DNA of 64,000 nucleotides from Lama guanicoe (taxonomy: Eukaryota): NCBI GenBank assembly GCA_013239625.1, contig MU054308.1, forward strand, positions 15,174-79,173, given 5' to 3'. This document shows, piece after piece, positions 37,746 through 51,106 of this stretch. Numbering within the stretch: the stretch's first letter is position 1; every line of letters starts with the position of its first letter. The notes under the pieces were generated by a model. That model was not told where the DNA came from. It saw nothing but the letters and a program-made list of their open reading frames with translations, and made no database searches. A program made the position numbers and the translations under genes.

Positions 37746-39992
37746 GTAATATTACTTAATTTATTTTTGCTGTCTGTAACAGTGGTAGCCATTTCCTATC
37801 TTTTGAATCTCAGCTTAAACATCACCTTTCAGGAAGGGACTCCTATGATTACATTATCCATAGTAGAATTCCCCCCTTATTTCAGCTACAGTACCTTATT
37901 TCTTGTCTTAGAAGTAGTGCATAAGACTACAACTGCTTTATTAAATTGCCTCCTTCTTTATTGGCTAACTCTATTACAAGAATGTAAGATCCATGAGGGA
38001 AGAATCTTTTATATGAAACTTTTTCCATTTCATTTATTGTTTTGTCCTCACTCATGGCACAGTTTTGTACTGGCATATGTACCCTAAATATTAAAAAAAA
38101 TACAATTAATAATTTGGTAAATAATTAGTTATTGTACTTGAATTGGTGATAAATTTTTATTCTGCCAAATGTCAAGGCAGAATAAATTGAGTACCAAATA
38201 AAAAAGAAAGAAAAGCTTGTTGTGGCAAGTGGGAATATACATGATAAATTAATATTCACTGAAGCAAAATGATTGGACTGATATTTATTCTTGTCTAGAG
38301 ATAGTCAGAAAATGATTATAAAGCTGTTCTTTTTCCCTCCAGGTTACATCTTTTTTACCTTAATTCTGTGATGTGGTTTAGTAGAATCTTTATATAACAC
38401 ATGTAATTTTAAAGTTTAGTAGAATGTCCCAGTAAATTTAATTAAGCAAGAATCAATCTTGGACACATTCCAATTTAAGATTTAATGATGGATATAACTA
38501 ACAGAGATAAAATGTCCAGTGTCCTTTACCTCTTTTGGGAAGATAGATTATATCCTTTTAAGAACTGATATAAAAATTTTAGGAGGTTCTTTGTTAGACT
38601 TAAAACAATGCATTAAAAGGCAACAACAATAGCAACACAAGGAAGTCTCTCAAAATCTCCAGTCAAGTAGTCTGGCTGTACCAACATGGGAGAGTGAGAA
38701 GGGCTAAACAATTGAATGGTATTTTTCTATCTTGGAGTTAGTGGGAAAAGAGGTAACAGAAGACAACTTTCCCCGGAAAATGGCACTTGATATCTTTATA
38801 TGTAAAAACAGGAATCACTTGTCTATTTGATAAATTATTCTAACATGGTAAACTGTTGTCTTTGTGTGCTCTGTGGAATTTTTTTTTAAAACAATCTATA
38901 GTGCAAATAAAAACATTCCTATGAATAACCAGAAGAATCCATGGAGAAAATGAACAGACAGATGAATGAAATCAAACCTATCCTCAAGTAATAGTGCAGA
39001 CTTTCACACCTCCTTTGTCATATTGGATGAAAGAAGAATTCCAGGATTTATGAGTGATTTAAAAAGTTTTCCTTCAGATTGTAAACAAGCTTCCACAAGT
39101 AAGACTAACAGTAAATAGTTGGAACCAGTAGTCACAATTGTGTGACTTTCTTTATTATGTAAGACGTAAATCATTTTGCAATAAATCAAATGTAGGTACT
39201 AATTCTAGTTTTATCACTTAAAAATATGTGCATTTAGAAAAATTAATGAGATAGTATGACCCTCATTATATCAACTGTAAAATGGTGATTACAGTACTTG
39301 TTCCTGTAAATACTAATTGTGATGCATTAAATTGTGAGAGCGTGATTGGGATCAACTGTGAGAGTTTTGAGCAGTTGATTGATATAATCAGAACAAGATT
39401 TGAAGAGTATAATTTGAGCTGATTCAGGAGAACAAACTGTTGGAGGACAGAATTGAAGTGGAGAGACATGACAGGAGGCTACTGCAGTGGAACAAGAAGG
39501 AAATGAGAGATAAGGAATGAACAAATTCATGATATAGTTTGAAAATAGAGATCACATGATTTGATAAAGTTATCAATGAATAATATGAGAGCAAAAAGAG
39601 AGTGAAGAATCCTTTAAGATTTTTGTCTGAGCAAATACATTGAAGGTGGTGTCATTTAATGAGATGTGAAACAAATTTTTAATCGTGGAAAATTTAAAAT
39701 TTGTGTTATATTTACTAAGTTGTTATCCAACTTTAAATGTCCAAAAATAGAGGTGTTTCTTGTAGAAATGTTAAAACTTGGGTAGAGAGACGGACTAGAG
39801 ACACAAATTTGACTGGTTTAGCATTTTTTTGTTCAAGAAAGGGAGAAATACCCAATCAAAGACCCCAAGAAAGAACTCTCAGTGAGTTCTGAGAGAATCC
39901 AGGACAGTAACTTTCAACTGATACTTTGATCTACTCACATTGAATATATAAATTAGTTTAAATGGGTCTCAATAATATATCTTTGTGATTAT

Positions 39993-40118
39993 TCTTTGTT
40001 GTTTTTGGGGGTGGTGATTAGGTCTATTTTTTTAACTTATTTTTAAAGGTGGAACTGGGTATTAAACCCAGGACCGCATGCATTCTAAATCATGTGCTCT
40101 ATCACTTCAGTTATACCT
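39993..40118 (-). mobile_element. tRNA-derived camelid SINE (vic-1-like)
   Basis: GGAACTGGGTATTAAACCCAGGACCGCATGCATTCTAAATCATGTGCTCTATCACTTCAGTTATACC with tail. Flanked by degenerate direct repeats ATATCTTTGTGATTAT / ATATCTTTACAATTAT. Absent from the paralogous blocks near 30160 and 47190. Confidence 0.75.
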
Positions 40119-40561
40119 GAACTGCATATCTTTACAATTATAAATGTTGTACTTTTTCATGGAACTACTTTCCCATCTTTTGTCGTTCTTTTACTTTTAC
40201 TTTAAAGCTCAATTGAAGTATTACTTCCTCTAGGAAGACTTCTTTGATTCCAGTTTGATTGATATATTCCTACACTGTGACTCTTAGCTGTGTGTGAATA
40301 TCCTTATAATGACTCTTATTACATGGGTGTAGAATTTTCTGATCTCATTATTTGTCATACCACTGAGTGTAGGGACCTACTACTATTCAACTTGGTAATC
40401 ATAATGAGAGTGATACATTGAACCCAAATACATTCTCTACATGCATACTTTTAGTTGAATGGATAAATAAAAGACAAAGTTTAAAAAGCATTCAATAAAT
40501 TTCCCCTTGTTTTATAGGTAAACTGCTTCCAATATGTGAACTCAGCTCCTGTACAGACTAG

Positions 40562-41611
40562 ATGCAACCTAGGAGCAATGTAACTTATTTCATCCTCTTG
40601 GGCCTGACACAGGATCCAAAGGAGCAGAAAGTCCTTTTTGTTATGTTTTTGCTCTTCTACATTTTGACCATGGTGGGTAACCTTCTAACAGTTGTGGCTA
40701 TAACTATCAGTAAGACCTTGAAGTCACCAATGTCCTTTTTTCTTGCTAGCTTATCATTTATGGACATGGCTTATTCCTCTTCTGTTACCCTCAGGTTGCT
40801 TTCGGACTTGTTCTTTAGGCAAAACACCATATCCTTTTAATCTTGCATGGTTCAGCTATTTATAGAACACATTTTTGGTGGATCAGAGGTCTTCCTTCTG
40901 TTGGTGATGGCCTATGATCACTATGTGGCCATCTGTAAGCCCTTGCATTATTTGGTTATCATGAGGCAAAGCGTGTGTGTTGTGCTGCCGCTGGTGTCCT
41001 GGGTTGGAGGATTTCTGCACTCAGTTATTCAACTTGGCACTATTTATGGGCTCCCATTCTGTGGCCCCAATGTCATTGATCACTTTTCATGTGACATGTA
41101 CCCCTTATTGGAACTGGTCTGCACTGATATCTATGTCATTGGCATCTTAGTGGTGGCCAGTGGAGGACTGATCTGCACTATTGTGTTTCTGCTCTTACTC
41201 ATCTCCTATGGAGTCATCTTGCACTCTCTAAAGAACCTGAGTCAGGAAGGGAGAAGGAAAGCTCTCCAGAACTGTGGTTCTCACATCACTGTAATTGTCT
41301 TTTCCTTTGTTCCCTGTATTTTCATATATGTAAGACCTGCTAAGACCTTCCCCCTTGACAAATCATTGACTGTGTTTTATACAATCATCACCCCTATGCT
41401 GAATCCATTAATCTACAGTCTAAGAAATTCTGAGATGACTAATGTTATGAAGAAACTCTGGAGAAAAAAAGCAGATATAGTATTAAGTAAGTTCTTTGTG
41501 AATCATGATGAAACTCATTTAACCTTAGGACCAATCTTCCTGAATGTAAAAGTCTTCATAAATCTGGTGGAAATTTCCTTTTCTCTAAAGGAATTGCAAA
41601 AATTATATTAA
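40562..41611 (+). pseudogene. OR4A47: Olfactory receptor pseudogene, OR4A47-like (copy A)
   Basis: [42 protein letters not shown]...TISF* (TAA 40838-40840; the paralog has GAA), then in frame [28 protein letters not shown]...[17 protein letters not shown] 4-nt deletion near 41474 bypasses the ancestral stop (TAA 41488-41490). The symbol denotes the closest recalled human paralog, not proven orthology. Confidence 0.92.
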
Positions 41612-43639
41612 AACATGAACTGTATGTTCATGCTATCAATGACAATTTTCCTGCTAGAATATAAACTGTATAATGTCTGGTTTATCACAAAACCTAGAAA
41701 GGTGGGGTGCATTTACAATAGGGAATCTATAATCAATATGTAATTAATTAATTAATTAATTAATGGAATGTTTATAGTTACACTAATTTTAAATTCCTGT
41801 ATTTACTTTGTAACTTTTTCACAGTTTTATTTTATATCAGATTCTTATCTTTTATCTTCATTTTTTATTGTTCTATTTAAAATACTTCATGCTATATAGA
41901 CTATTTGTTCAATTTCATTTCCTTTACATTTGAAATTTTTAGTATAGTATTTTAATTTTTCAAATAAACTTGGAAGTATGATGGATAATAATAAATATTA
42001 GAAGTAGAACCCATGCAAACTGAAATACTGTAGAACAGAACTCTTCTCCATCCTGTAGCGTTGTCTCCCAGTTCTCCCAGTTGCAGTCACTACTCTGTTC
42101 TAGATATTTTTCAAGTAGTAATCTTGCAAATATAAGCATACTTTCATACATGAGTGTGCTTATGTCCTTGTGTATAAATTTTGCATTTTACTACTACTGC
42201 TCCTGAAGATCTCTGTGAACGGTCTTATATAGATCTAACTTATACTATTTAACTTCCATCATACTACTTAACTTCCTTATAAAGATACACTGAAATTTAA
42301 ATGCCCAGTCCTCTTCAGGTTTTTCCCATCTTTTTCTAGGATAAATAATTGTAGAATGCAATGTTTTTGAAATTTTGAAGCATGAGTCCTAGAAGGGAAA
42401 TTTTTGAGTCAACTGGTTTATGTATTTATAATGTTGGTGTTCATAGTTATTGTCAAAATGCCATCCACAATCCTATACTAAACTCGCTACTCCTTTCATT
42501 CTGGAAATTCCACATTTGATGAGATTCTCAGAAACCAGTGCTTGGTAAACTTTGTGATATTTTACAATCTCATTAAAGAAACTGTGTTTCACTTGTATAT
42601 TTTAATTATAAGTAGATAAATATAATTAGAATTTGGACATATATTGATGTGTTTAAGGTGATATGTATTTCTTTTTCATGAATTACTTATTAATGAATAT
42701 CATTTGTTTTATTTGATTGCTAATATTACCCATACTGATTTTATGATTTAATTAAACACTAAGGAATTTATTCCACTTACCATATATGTGGAGTTATTGT
42801 CTTTCCAGCTTATGAATAGTTTTTGATATACTTATACTGTGCAGAATGTTTTTGAAGAAGTAGAAATAATTTTGCATTTACATAATTAATCTTTCAATAT
42901 TTTCTTTGGATTTTGTCTTGCTCAGAAAGAATTTTCCTATTTCAATGCCTATATTATTCTCCATAGTTGTTGCATTAATTTATATTCCAAACAAGAGTGT
43001 ACAAGGGTCCAAATTTTCTTAATCTTCACCAACATTGCTTTTTTATAAGGATATTACTTTCACTCACTAGGGTTCTGCTCCCATTATCTAATCATTTCCC
43101 AAAGGCTCCATTTAAAATATCACCGCTAACATACTTCAGCAGTCAAGGACTTTTAATATGCATTTATACCTATTAAGGATAGAACTCCCCTAAATACTTC
43201 TTCAGAAGGTTTTTACCATTTCTAAATTTTTGCATTTTATGATAAATTTTAGGGTTATTTTTCAAAGTTTGAAAACTTCCCATAAAATATATTTATAATA
43301 TCATAACACTACTTATTTGTTTTGAGGAAAATGACATGTTTTAATATCTTGTTTTCCCATTCTGAATTAAGACATATATTGTGAAAAACTGATTATGAAA
43401 TGTCTCAAGAATTTGTAATCATTTCCATAGAGTTTAATTAAAATTTGTCTTTTTTTTTCCTAAACAGAGGACTCTCTGATGTAGATTTGATTAACATTTT
43501 CAGTGAGTTGGTCAGAAAAGGTTTAGCATCTTTTGCTGCCATGAATTATTCACAGTCCCCAAATTTGTGGATATATGTCTTTATTTGAGCTTTCATAGAA
43601 ATTGACACATTTTAGCTGATGGTATGTCAATTAAAAAAT

Positions 43640-44870
43640 AAACTAAAATAAGAAGATATAGATAATTTGAACAGAACAAGCACTAGAAGTAAAATAGAAT
43701 TACCAGTAAAAAACATCCCTGCAAAAAGTCCAGTACCAGATGGCTTCACTGAGGAAATCTACCAAGCATAGGAAGAAGAACTTATACTGAAACTTTTCAA
43801 ACTCTTCCAAAGGGCTGAAAAGGAGGGGACACTCCCAAAGTCAATCTATGACACCATCATCACTCTGATATCAAAGCCAGAAAAAGACACTGCCAATAAT
43901 GAAAATTACAGGCCACTCTCTTTGATAAATATAGATGAAAAATTCTCATCTAAATATTTGCAAACAGAATCCAACAACACATAAAAAAGATTGCCCACTA
44001 TGTTCAAGTTAGATACATCCCAGGGACACAAGACGGCTCAACATATGCAAATCAATCAGCGTAGTAGACCACATAGATAGGTGAATGGACAAAAATAAAT
44101 ACTTTTCTCAATAGTTGCAGAAAAATGCTTTTGATACATTCAGTACTCATTTATGATAAAAATAATCCTGCTAAAGTGGCACAGAGGGAACACATTTCAA
44201 CATAATAAAAACTGTTCATGACAAACCCACAGCCAGCATAATACTCATTGGCAAAAATTTGAAAGCCTTCCTACTAATATCTGGAACAAGACAAGGATGC
44301 CCACTCTCACCACTTCTATTCAGCATAGTATAAGTTGTCCCAGCTATAGCAACCAGAATAGAAAAAAAAATAAATTTTAGGATGGATTTTTCTTTTACTG
44401 TAAAGAAATTTTTTGGTATTTTGATAAAGGTTGCACTGAATCTGTAAATCAATTTAGGTAGCATTGACATCTTAACAATATTAAAATTCTAGCTCATAAA
44501 TGTCTTTCTATTTACATGTGTCTTCTTTATTGTCTTTCAGCAACTTTTTGTATCTTTCAGTGTTCAAGACTTTCATCGCCTTGCTTACATTTACCCAAGA
44601 ATTTTATTCTAATTTATACTGTTGCAAATAGAATTGTTTTTTTAATTTTCTCTTCATGTTGTTTCTTGATAGTATAAAAATTCAACATCCTTTCATGATA
44701 AAAAGTCTCATTAAATTGGATATAGAAGGAAAGTACCTCAACACAACTAGTGTCATATATTACAGAACCACACCACACGTCACACTCAACATCCAAGTTT
44801 GAAAGTGTTTACATTAAGATCAGGAGCAAGACAAGACCCTCATCGCTCCTTTGCAACATAGTATTGCAAT
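43640..44870. mobile_element. Mosaic of L1 ORF2 fragments: + (about 43640-44370), - (about 44371-44675), + (about 44680-44870)
   Basis: RT-region hallmarks AAAAGTCCAGTACCAGATGGCTTCACTG, GAAAATTACAGGCCA and GGAACAAGACAAGGATGCCCACTCTCACCAC. The antisense piece encodes [19 protein letters not shown]. Confidence 0.85.
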
Positions 44871-45988
44871 AAAAATTCCTATTAAAATTTTAGTGTTTTC
44901 TATGTGTAGAGCCTGTCATCTCTGAAATGAGATAATTTTGCTTAATCTTTATTTAATATTACTGTATGTAAGAGTGCTTCCACTGGTAGTCACTTCCTGT
45001 TCTTTTCATCTCAGCTTAAACATCACATTTTAAGAAAGGTATTTTCTGATTACATTTTCCACAGTAAGTTTCTTCCTTTTTTCTCTATAACAATGCTTAA
45101 TTTAAAACAAACAAACCAAAAAAATGCTTAATTTGCTGTCTTATAAGAATGGCATTGGACTACAAATATATTATTAAATTTTCTCTTTCATTATTGTCTG
45201 GCTACAGAATAAGAATATAAAATCCAGGTAGATAGGAACTTTTATATAAGTTTATTTTCCTGTGTTATTAATTTTGTGTTCTCACCCATAACACAGCTTG
45301 TGTATGAAAATAAGTACCCTAAATATTTTATTTAAGAAATTGTATAAATAATTAGTAATTATATCTGATTTGATGATTAAATTTTTTATACATTTAACCA
45401 AACAATAAGGCAGAATAGATCGAGTACTAAATAAAAAGAAAGAAAAACTTGCTGTGGCTAGTGTGAAAATATATCATAAATTAATCTTCATTGAATCAAA
45501 ATGATTGGGCTGATATTTTGTTTTTACTTGCATTAGTCTCAACATGATTCTCTAGAGGATTATTTTCTTCATTTTCCATCTTTTTGATCCTAATTGTGTG
45601 ATGTGGTTTAGTAATATCTTTACACATAGATGTACTTTTAAAATGCAGTGGGAAATCCCAGTGAATTTAATTAAGCAAGAATCAGTCCTGGACACATTCC
45701 AGTTCTAAGACAATCATAAATGCAGCTACATGGGAGAAAATGTCCAATGATTTGATCCCAATGGGGAAAAGAGGTGACATCCTTTTAATAACTGATATAT
45801 ATATTTCAGGATGACCTTGGTTAGACTTAAAGCAATGCAAAAAATAAAATAAAAACAGCCCCACAATGTCTAGAAATCTCAAGCTGACTAATCTGGCCAC
45901 ACTGACATGTTCGAATGAGTAGGACTAAACAACTGAATGATGTTTTTCTATTTTGAATTTAGTAGAGAAAGAAGTTCCTCGACATAAA

Positions 45989-46001
45989 TTTCCCTGGGAA
46001 A
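45989..46001 (+). promoter_or_regulatory. Candidate O/E (EBF/Olf-1) site in OR4A upstream block, copy 3
   Basis: TTTCCCTGGGAAA, identical to 28998-29010. Conserved donor AAG|GTAAG at 46310. Confidence 0.55.
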
Positions 46002-47622
46002 TGGCTAGTTGCTATCTTCCTATGTAAACATGAATTTACTTGTCTTTTTAATAAATTATCCCACATAGTGAATATTTGTTTCTTTATGCACACTGTGGAA
46101 TTTCTTTAAAATTATCTACAGTGCAAATAATAGTAGTTTCTGAATAACCAGAGAAGACTAAATAGGAAATGAACAGACAGCTGAATGAAGGAAAATATAT
46201 ACAGCTCCCTAATTATCTCCCCTCTGTGGCCGTATTGAATGAAAGAGGAATTCCAAGTCTTTGAGAGTAACTTAAGTCATCCTCCAGATTGTGAACAAGC
46301 CTCCACAAGGTAAGACTACCAGTAAGTATTGGCAACCAGGCTCACCATTATATCACTGTCTTTATCATGTAAAAATTAAATATTTTTGAAATAAATCAAA
46401 CTTAGAATCCAATTCTAGTTTAATCACTGAACAAAGTGTGACATTGGGGAAATTAATGAGATGTTCTGAGCCTTAGTTCTTCAAATAAAAATGGGAATTA
46501 CTGTTCTCATTAATGTGAATATTAAATGTGATATATTAAAATGTGAATGAATGATTGCAATCCACTGTGGGAGTTTTGAGCACTTGAGTGATATAATCAG
46601 AAGAAGATTTAAAGAAAATCATTTGGGCTTCTTTAGGAGAACAAATTATTGAAGTCCAGATAAAAGTGGAGCGACTTGGCAGGAGGCTATTGCAGTGAGC
46701 CAAGAAGGAAATGGGGGAAAGGGAATAATCAAATTTGTGATACACTTTCCAAGTAAAGACAGTAGCATTTTTTTTAAGTTATCGATTTGTCATGTGAGAG
46801 CAATAAGGGAGTGAATAATACTGTTAGCTTTTCTGTCTGAGCAATTACATTGAACGCGGTACCATTTCATGAAATGGGGAACACCTTTAGATTTGTGGAA
46901 AATTTTAAATTTTGTGTTATATTTGCTAAATTGATATCCAACTGTGCATGTCCAAAATCGGAGACACTGCATGTAAAAATTGGAAACTAGTGTAAAAGTA
47001 AAGGCTGGAGACCCAAATTTGACTGCTTCAGCATTTATTGTTCAGGAAAAGGAGAAATAGCCAACTAAAGGCCACATGAAATAGGCCTTAGTGAGTTCTG
47101 TGCCAATCTAGAACAGTGAACTTCTGTTCATAGTTTGAGTTCCTCACCCTGTATATGTAAATTAGTTTAAGTGGGTCTCAATATTACACTTTGTGACTTT
47201 ATAAATTATGGACCTGTTCATGAAATTCTCTTCCCAACTTTTCTTGTTCTTTCACTATTTCTTTAAAACTCAGATAAACATTGCCTCCTCTGGGAAGCCT
47301 TCTCTGATTCTTGTTTGCTGATACATTCCTACCCTGTGACTCTTAGCTGTGTGTGAATATCCTTACAGTGACACTTATTACATGAGTCTGGAAGTGTCTG
47401 ATCCCTTGTCATATATTATATCACTGAGGATTGGGAATGTTGCCTCATTGAACTTGGTAATTACAATGTCTATGACACATTGGACATGAATAGATACTCC
47501 ATACATGTAGTATTAATTGAATGGGTAAAATAGATTAATCGTATAATACATTTAAAGATTTTCCACCTGTTTTGTAGGTAAATTGCTTCTAATAATGTGA
47601 CCTCAGCACCTGTACAGACTAG

Positions 47623-48554
47623 ATGGAACCAAGGAGCAGTGTAACTTATTTCATCCCCCTGAGCCTCACACAGAATCCAAAGGAGCAGAAAGTCCTTTTT
47701 GTTATGTTCTTGCTCTTCTACATTTTGACCTTGTTGGGCAACATGCTCATTGTCATGACTATAAGTGTCAGTAAGACCCTGAACATACCAATGTACTTTT
47801 TCTTGCTAGCTTATCATTTATGGACATGGCTTATTCCTCTTCTATTTCCCCCAGATTGCTTTCAGACTTGTTCTTTGAGGAAAATGCCATACCCTTTGAA
47901 TCTTGCATGACTTATCCATTTATAGAGCACATTTTCAGTGGATCAGAGGTCTTCCTTCTGTTGGTGATGGCCTATGTCCGCTATGTGGCCATCTGTAAGC
48001 CCCTGCATTATTTGGTTATCATGAGGCAAAGGGTGTGTGTTGTGCTGCTGCTGGTGTCCTGGGTTGGAGGATTTCTGCACTCAGTTATTCAACTTGGCAC
48101 TATTTATGGGCTCCCATTCTGTGGCCCCAATGTCATTGATCACTTTTCATGTGACATGTACCCCTTATTGGAACTGGTCTGCACTGATATCTATGTCATT
48201 GGCATCTTAGTGGTGGCCAGTGGAGGACTGATCTGCACTACTGTGTTTCTGCTCTTACTCATCTTCTATGGAGTCATCTTACACTCCCTAAAGAACCTGA
48301 GTCAGGAAGGGAGATGGAAAGCTCTCCAGACCTGTGGTTCCCACATCACTGTAGTTGTCTGCTTCTTTGTCCCCTGTATTTTCATGTATGCAAGACCTGC
48401 TAAGACCTTCCCAATCAACAAATCATTAAGAGTGTTTTATACAGTCATCACCCCCATGCTGAACCCATTAACCTACAGTCTAAGAAATTCTGAGATGACT
48501 AATGCTATGAAGAAGCTCTGGTGGAAAAATGCAGTCAGATCAAGTATTAAATAA
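47623..48554 (+). pseudogene. OR4A47: Olfactory receptor pseudogene, OR4A47-like (copy B)
   Basis: [26 protein letters not shown]...PMYF, then a 1-nt deletion in the T run at 47797-47801 (paralog 40736-40741 has 6 T). The second frame runs to TAA 48552-48554. MAYDRY is altered to MAYVRY and the N-glycosylation Asn is lost (AGT). Confidence 0.9.
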
Positions 48555-48847
48555 TTGCTGTATCCATCATGAAGGTGGTAATTTAGCATTGGGTCCTATC
48601 TGTTTGGAATGTAAAAAACTTCATAAATCTGATGCAAACTTTTTATTTTTTCAAATGATGTAGGATAATTATACTTGAAGAATAAATTGTATGTTCATGC
48701 TATTAATAACAATTCCTTCATAGAATGTAAACTGTATAATGTTTCATCACTGTACCTAGAAAAGTAGGATGCATTTATAGTAAGGCATCAATAAGTAATT
48801 TTTAATGAATTAATGAAATTTTTATCGAGTTACACCAATTGTTAATT

Positions 48848-49053
48848 TTTTTACATTTTTTAAAATTTAATTTTTGTATTGATGCATAGTTTATTTACAA
48901 TGCTGTGTTAATTTCTGGTGTATAGCATAATGATTCAGTTGTACATATAGATACTCCTTTTCATATTTTTTTATTATAAGCAATTACAAATTATTGAATA
49001 TAGTTTCCTGTGTTATATAGTGGAACATTTTTTCTTATCTATTTTATATATAG
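48848..49053 (-). mobile_element. 5'-truncated L1 3' end with 12-bp TSD
   Basis: T-rich tail then TTTACAATGCTGTGTTAATTTCTGGTGTATAGCATAATGATTCAGTT...GAATATAGTTTCCTGTGTTATATAG. CAATTGTTAATT is repeated at 48836-48847 and 49054-49065. Absent from the paralogous site near 41785. Confidence 0.85.
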
Positions 49054-51106
49054 CAATTGTTAATTAATTTCTGCATTTACTCTTACTAGTATCTATTCAT
49101 TTTATTTTTAGTCAGATTCTTATTTTTATAATCTTCATTCTATATATTATATTAAATATTTACTGTTGCATAGACTATATTCCATTTTATTTGCCTTAAA
49201 CATGAAATTTTTAGTGTAATATTTTAAGTTTTTAAATGAAAATTATAACTATGATGGAGAATTATAAGTTTTAATAATAAAATTTATGCAATGGAATAGT
49301 GTTGAATAAACCTCCAAACTATCCCAAACCAGTTTCTTCCAGTCCTTTCAGATACAATCACTATAATTTTTTTCTAAGATTCTTGAAGAAATAATATTTT
49401 CAAATTAACCATTTTTCATATATGTGTGTATATTTATGTTTCAGTTTATAAATTTTATTTTTTTCACTCAACCCCCTGTAGGTTTTTATGTGCCAGTTTT
49501 TACAGATGAAACTCATCCTAGTTTCTTCATACTGATTAAATCCTTCATAACGCAGCACTGAAATTGATGTATCTGGTTCTCTTTATATTTTCCCCAGTCT
49601 TTTTTGATGTTAAATAATTCTACAAAAGCAATGTTTTGAAATTTTTTAGTATAAGTTCCCAGAAGTGAAATTAAGTCAATTGTTATATGTATTTAAAATG
49701 TTGATGTTCATATTTATTGCAAAAATGCCATCTATTTGGGCACCTATTTACATGTTTCAAATGATTTTATTCTTTTTCTATGAATTGCTTACTAATGCTG
49801 CATGTATCATGTTCATTGTTTTCTTAGAGATGGCATCAGTGAATGAAGAGCAAGGGAGAAGACAGAAGAGCCCAGAAAGTGAGTTGAAAGGCTGTCTTCT
49901 TATGCAGATAAATCAAGACAGGTATTTATACACAAGATTCTGAACTAGGCTTTACATTTTGAAAGAGTACATTGGTGGTGTGAGAATTCACTCTTTTAGA
50001 AGCTCTCTTTTGTCATTCTCACAATCAGCCATGCTAGAGTTCCTCTGTGATTTACTAAGATATGTGGAGGTTGAGTCTATCCTGTCAAGCTCTTTTTGAA
50101 AAATTTTGAGTTACAATGATCTGGGATAAATTGACCTTCTCTAACATAAACTAGTCTTAAGGAGTAATTTCAACTGTAATTAATTGGAGATATTTTCATG
50201 GGCAGATATTTGTAAATCTGCTGATATTCTGAATTAATATGTTCTCTGAACATTGCTTATTAATGTGTTAAAAATTAAAAGATGATGTAGCATCTGTATA
50301 CCTTGATTGAATGGCTTTCAAGATCATGAAGTGATACTGTAGCAAGCAAGCTTTTCCTTCAATTCTCACTTTTCTGTTCCCTGTTGAGCTTCAGTGTACT
50401 AACATACGTTTGTTGGCCATTGAGATATACTCTTCCCTTAATTTTTAAAATATATTTTAAATTTCTTTTATATTTAATTTATATTTTCATTTGTTAATTG
50501 CTTAGAGATCTTTGTCTATTTTAGATATTACCTCTATGTAAGTCCTCTACAATGTAAATCTTTTTCCAAACTGCTTTTGTGTATTTATATTGTGCTATCT
50601 AAATTTACTAAATACTTAATTTTTTTGAAATTGTTAAATATACCTCTTAGGAACTTCAATGATTGGTTAAGAAGATTCTCCCACCCATAGAAATGAAAGA
50701 GTTATCTCCTTAACATGTGAAGAGTGAAACAAAGTAAACCTTGCTTTAATCTTTTATTAAAATTTAACCCATTTAAATTTTTTGTGTAAGGCATTAGCTA
50801 TATGTACAACTATATTACCCTCCAAATAGAAAGCAAATTATGACAAATCAGTTATTAATAATGTGTTCTTTCCCCCATATGTCTCTTAACTACTTGCCTC
50901 TCCATTATTCTGAAGATTTTTCAGGTAAGTGATGAGGTTTTAATCAGCATTACGTGATAATACTTGAAAGTATGGAACATAAACCATATTGCTTATATGT
51001 GGAAAGAATAAACAAATTATCATAAGACTTCAGAAAGTCACTAGTAAGAATTATATTTATAGGTAGTTTTGTCCTGAACTCTGAAATAAGACATACAGAA
51101 GACTCT

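Noticed and set aside
40838..40840. Possible stop-codon readthrough rescuing single-nonsense ORs (also 8600-8602)
   Set aside because: TAA is the least leaky stop and the context is not a readthrough motif. Both loci have other damaging changes (DRY loss, altered PMY motif).
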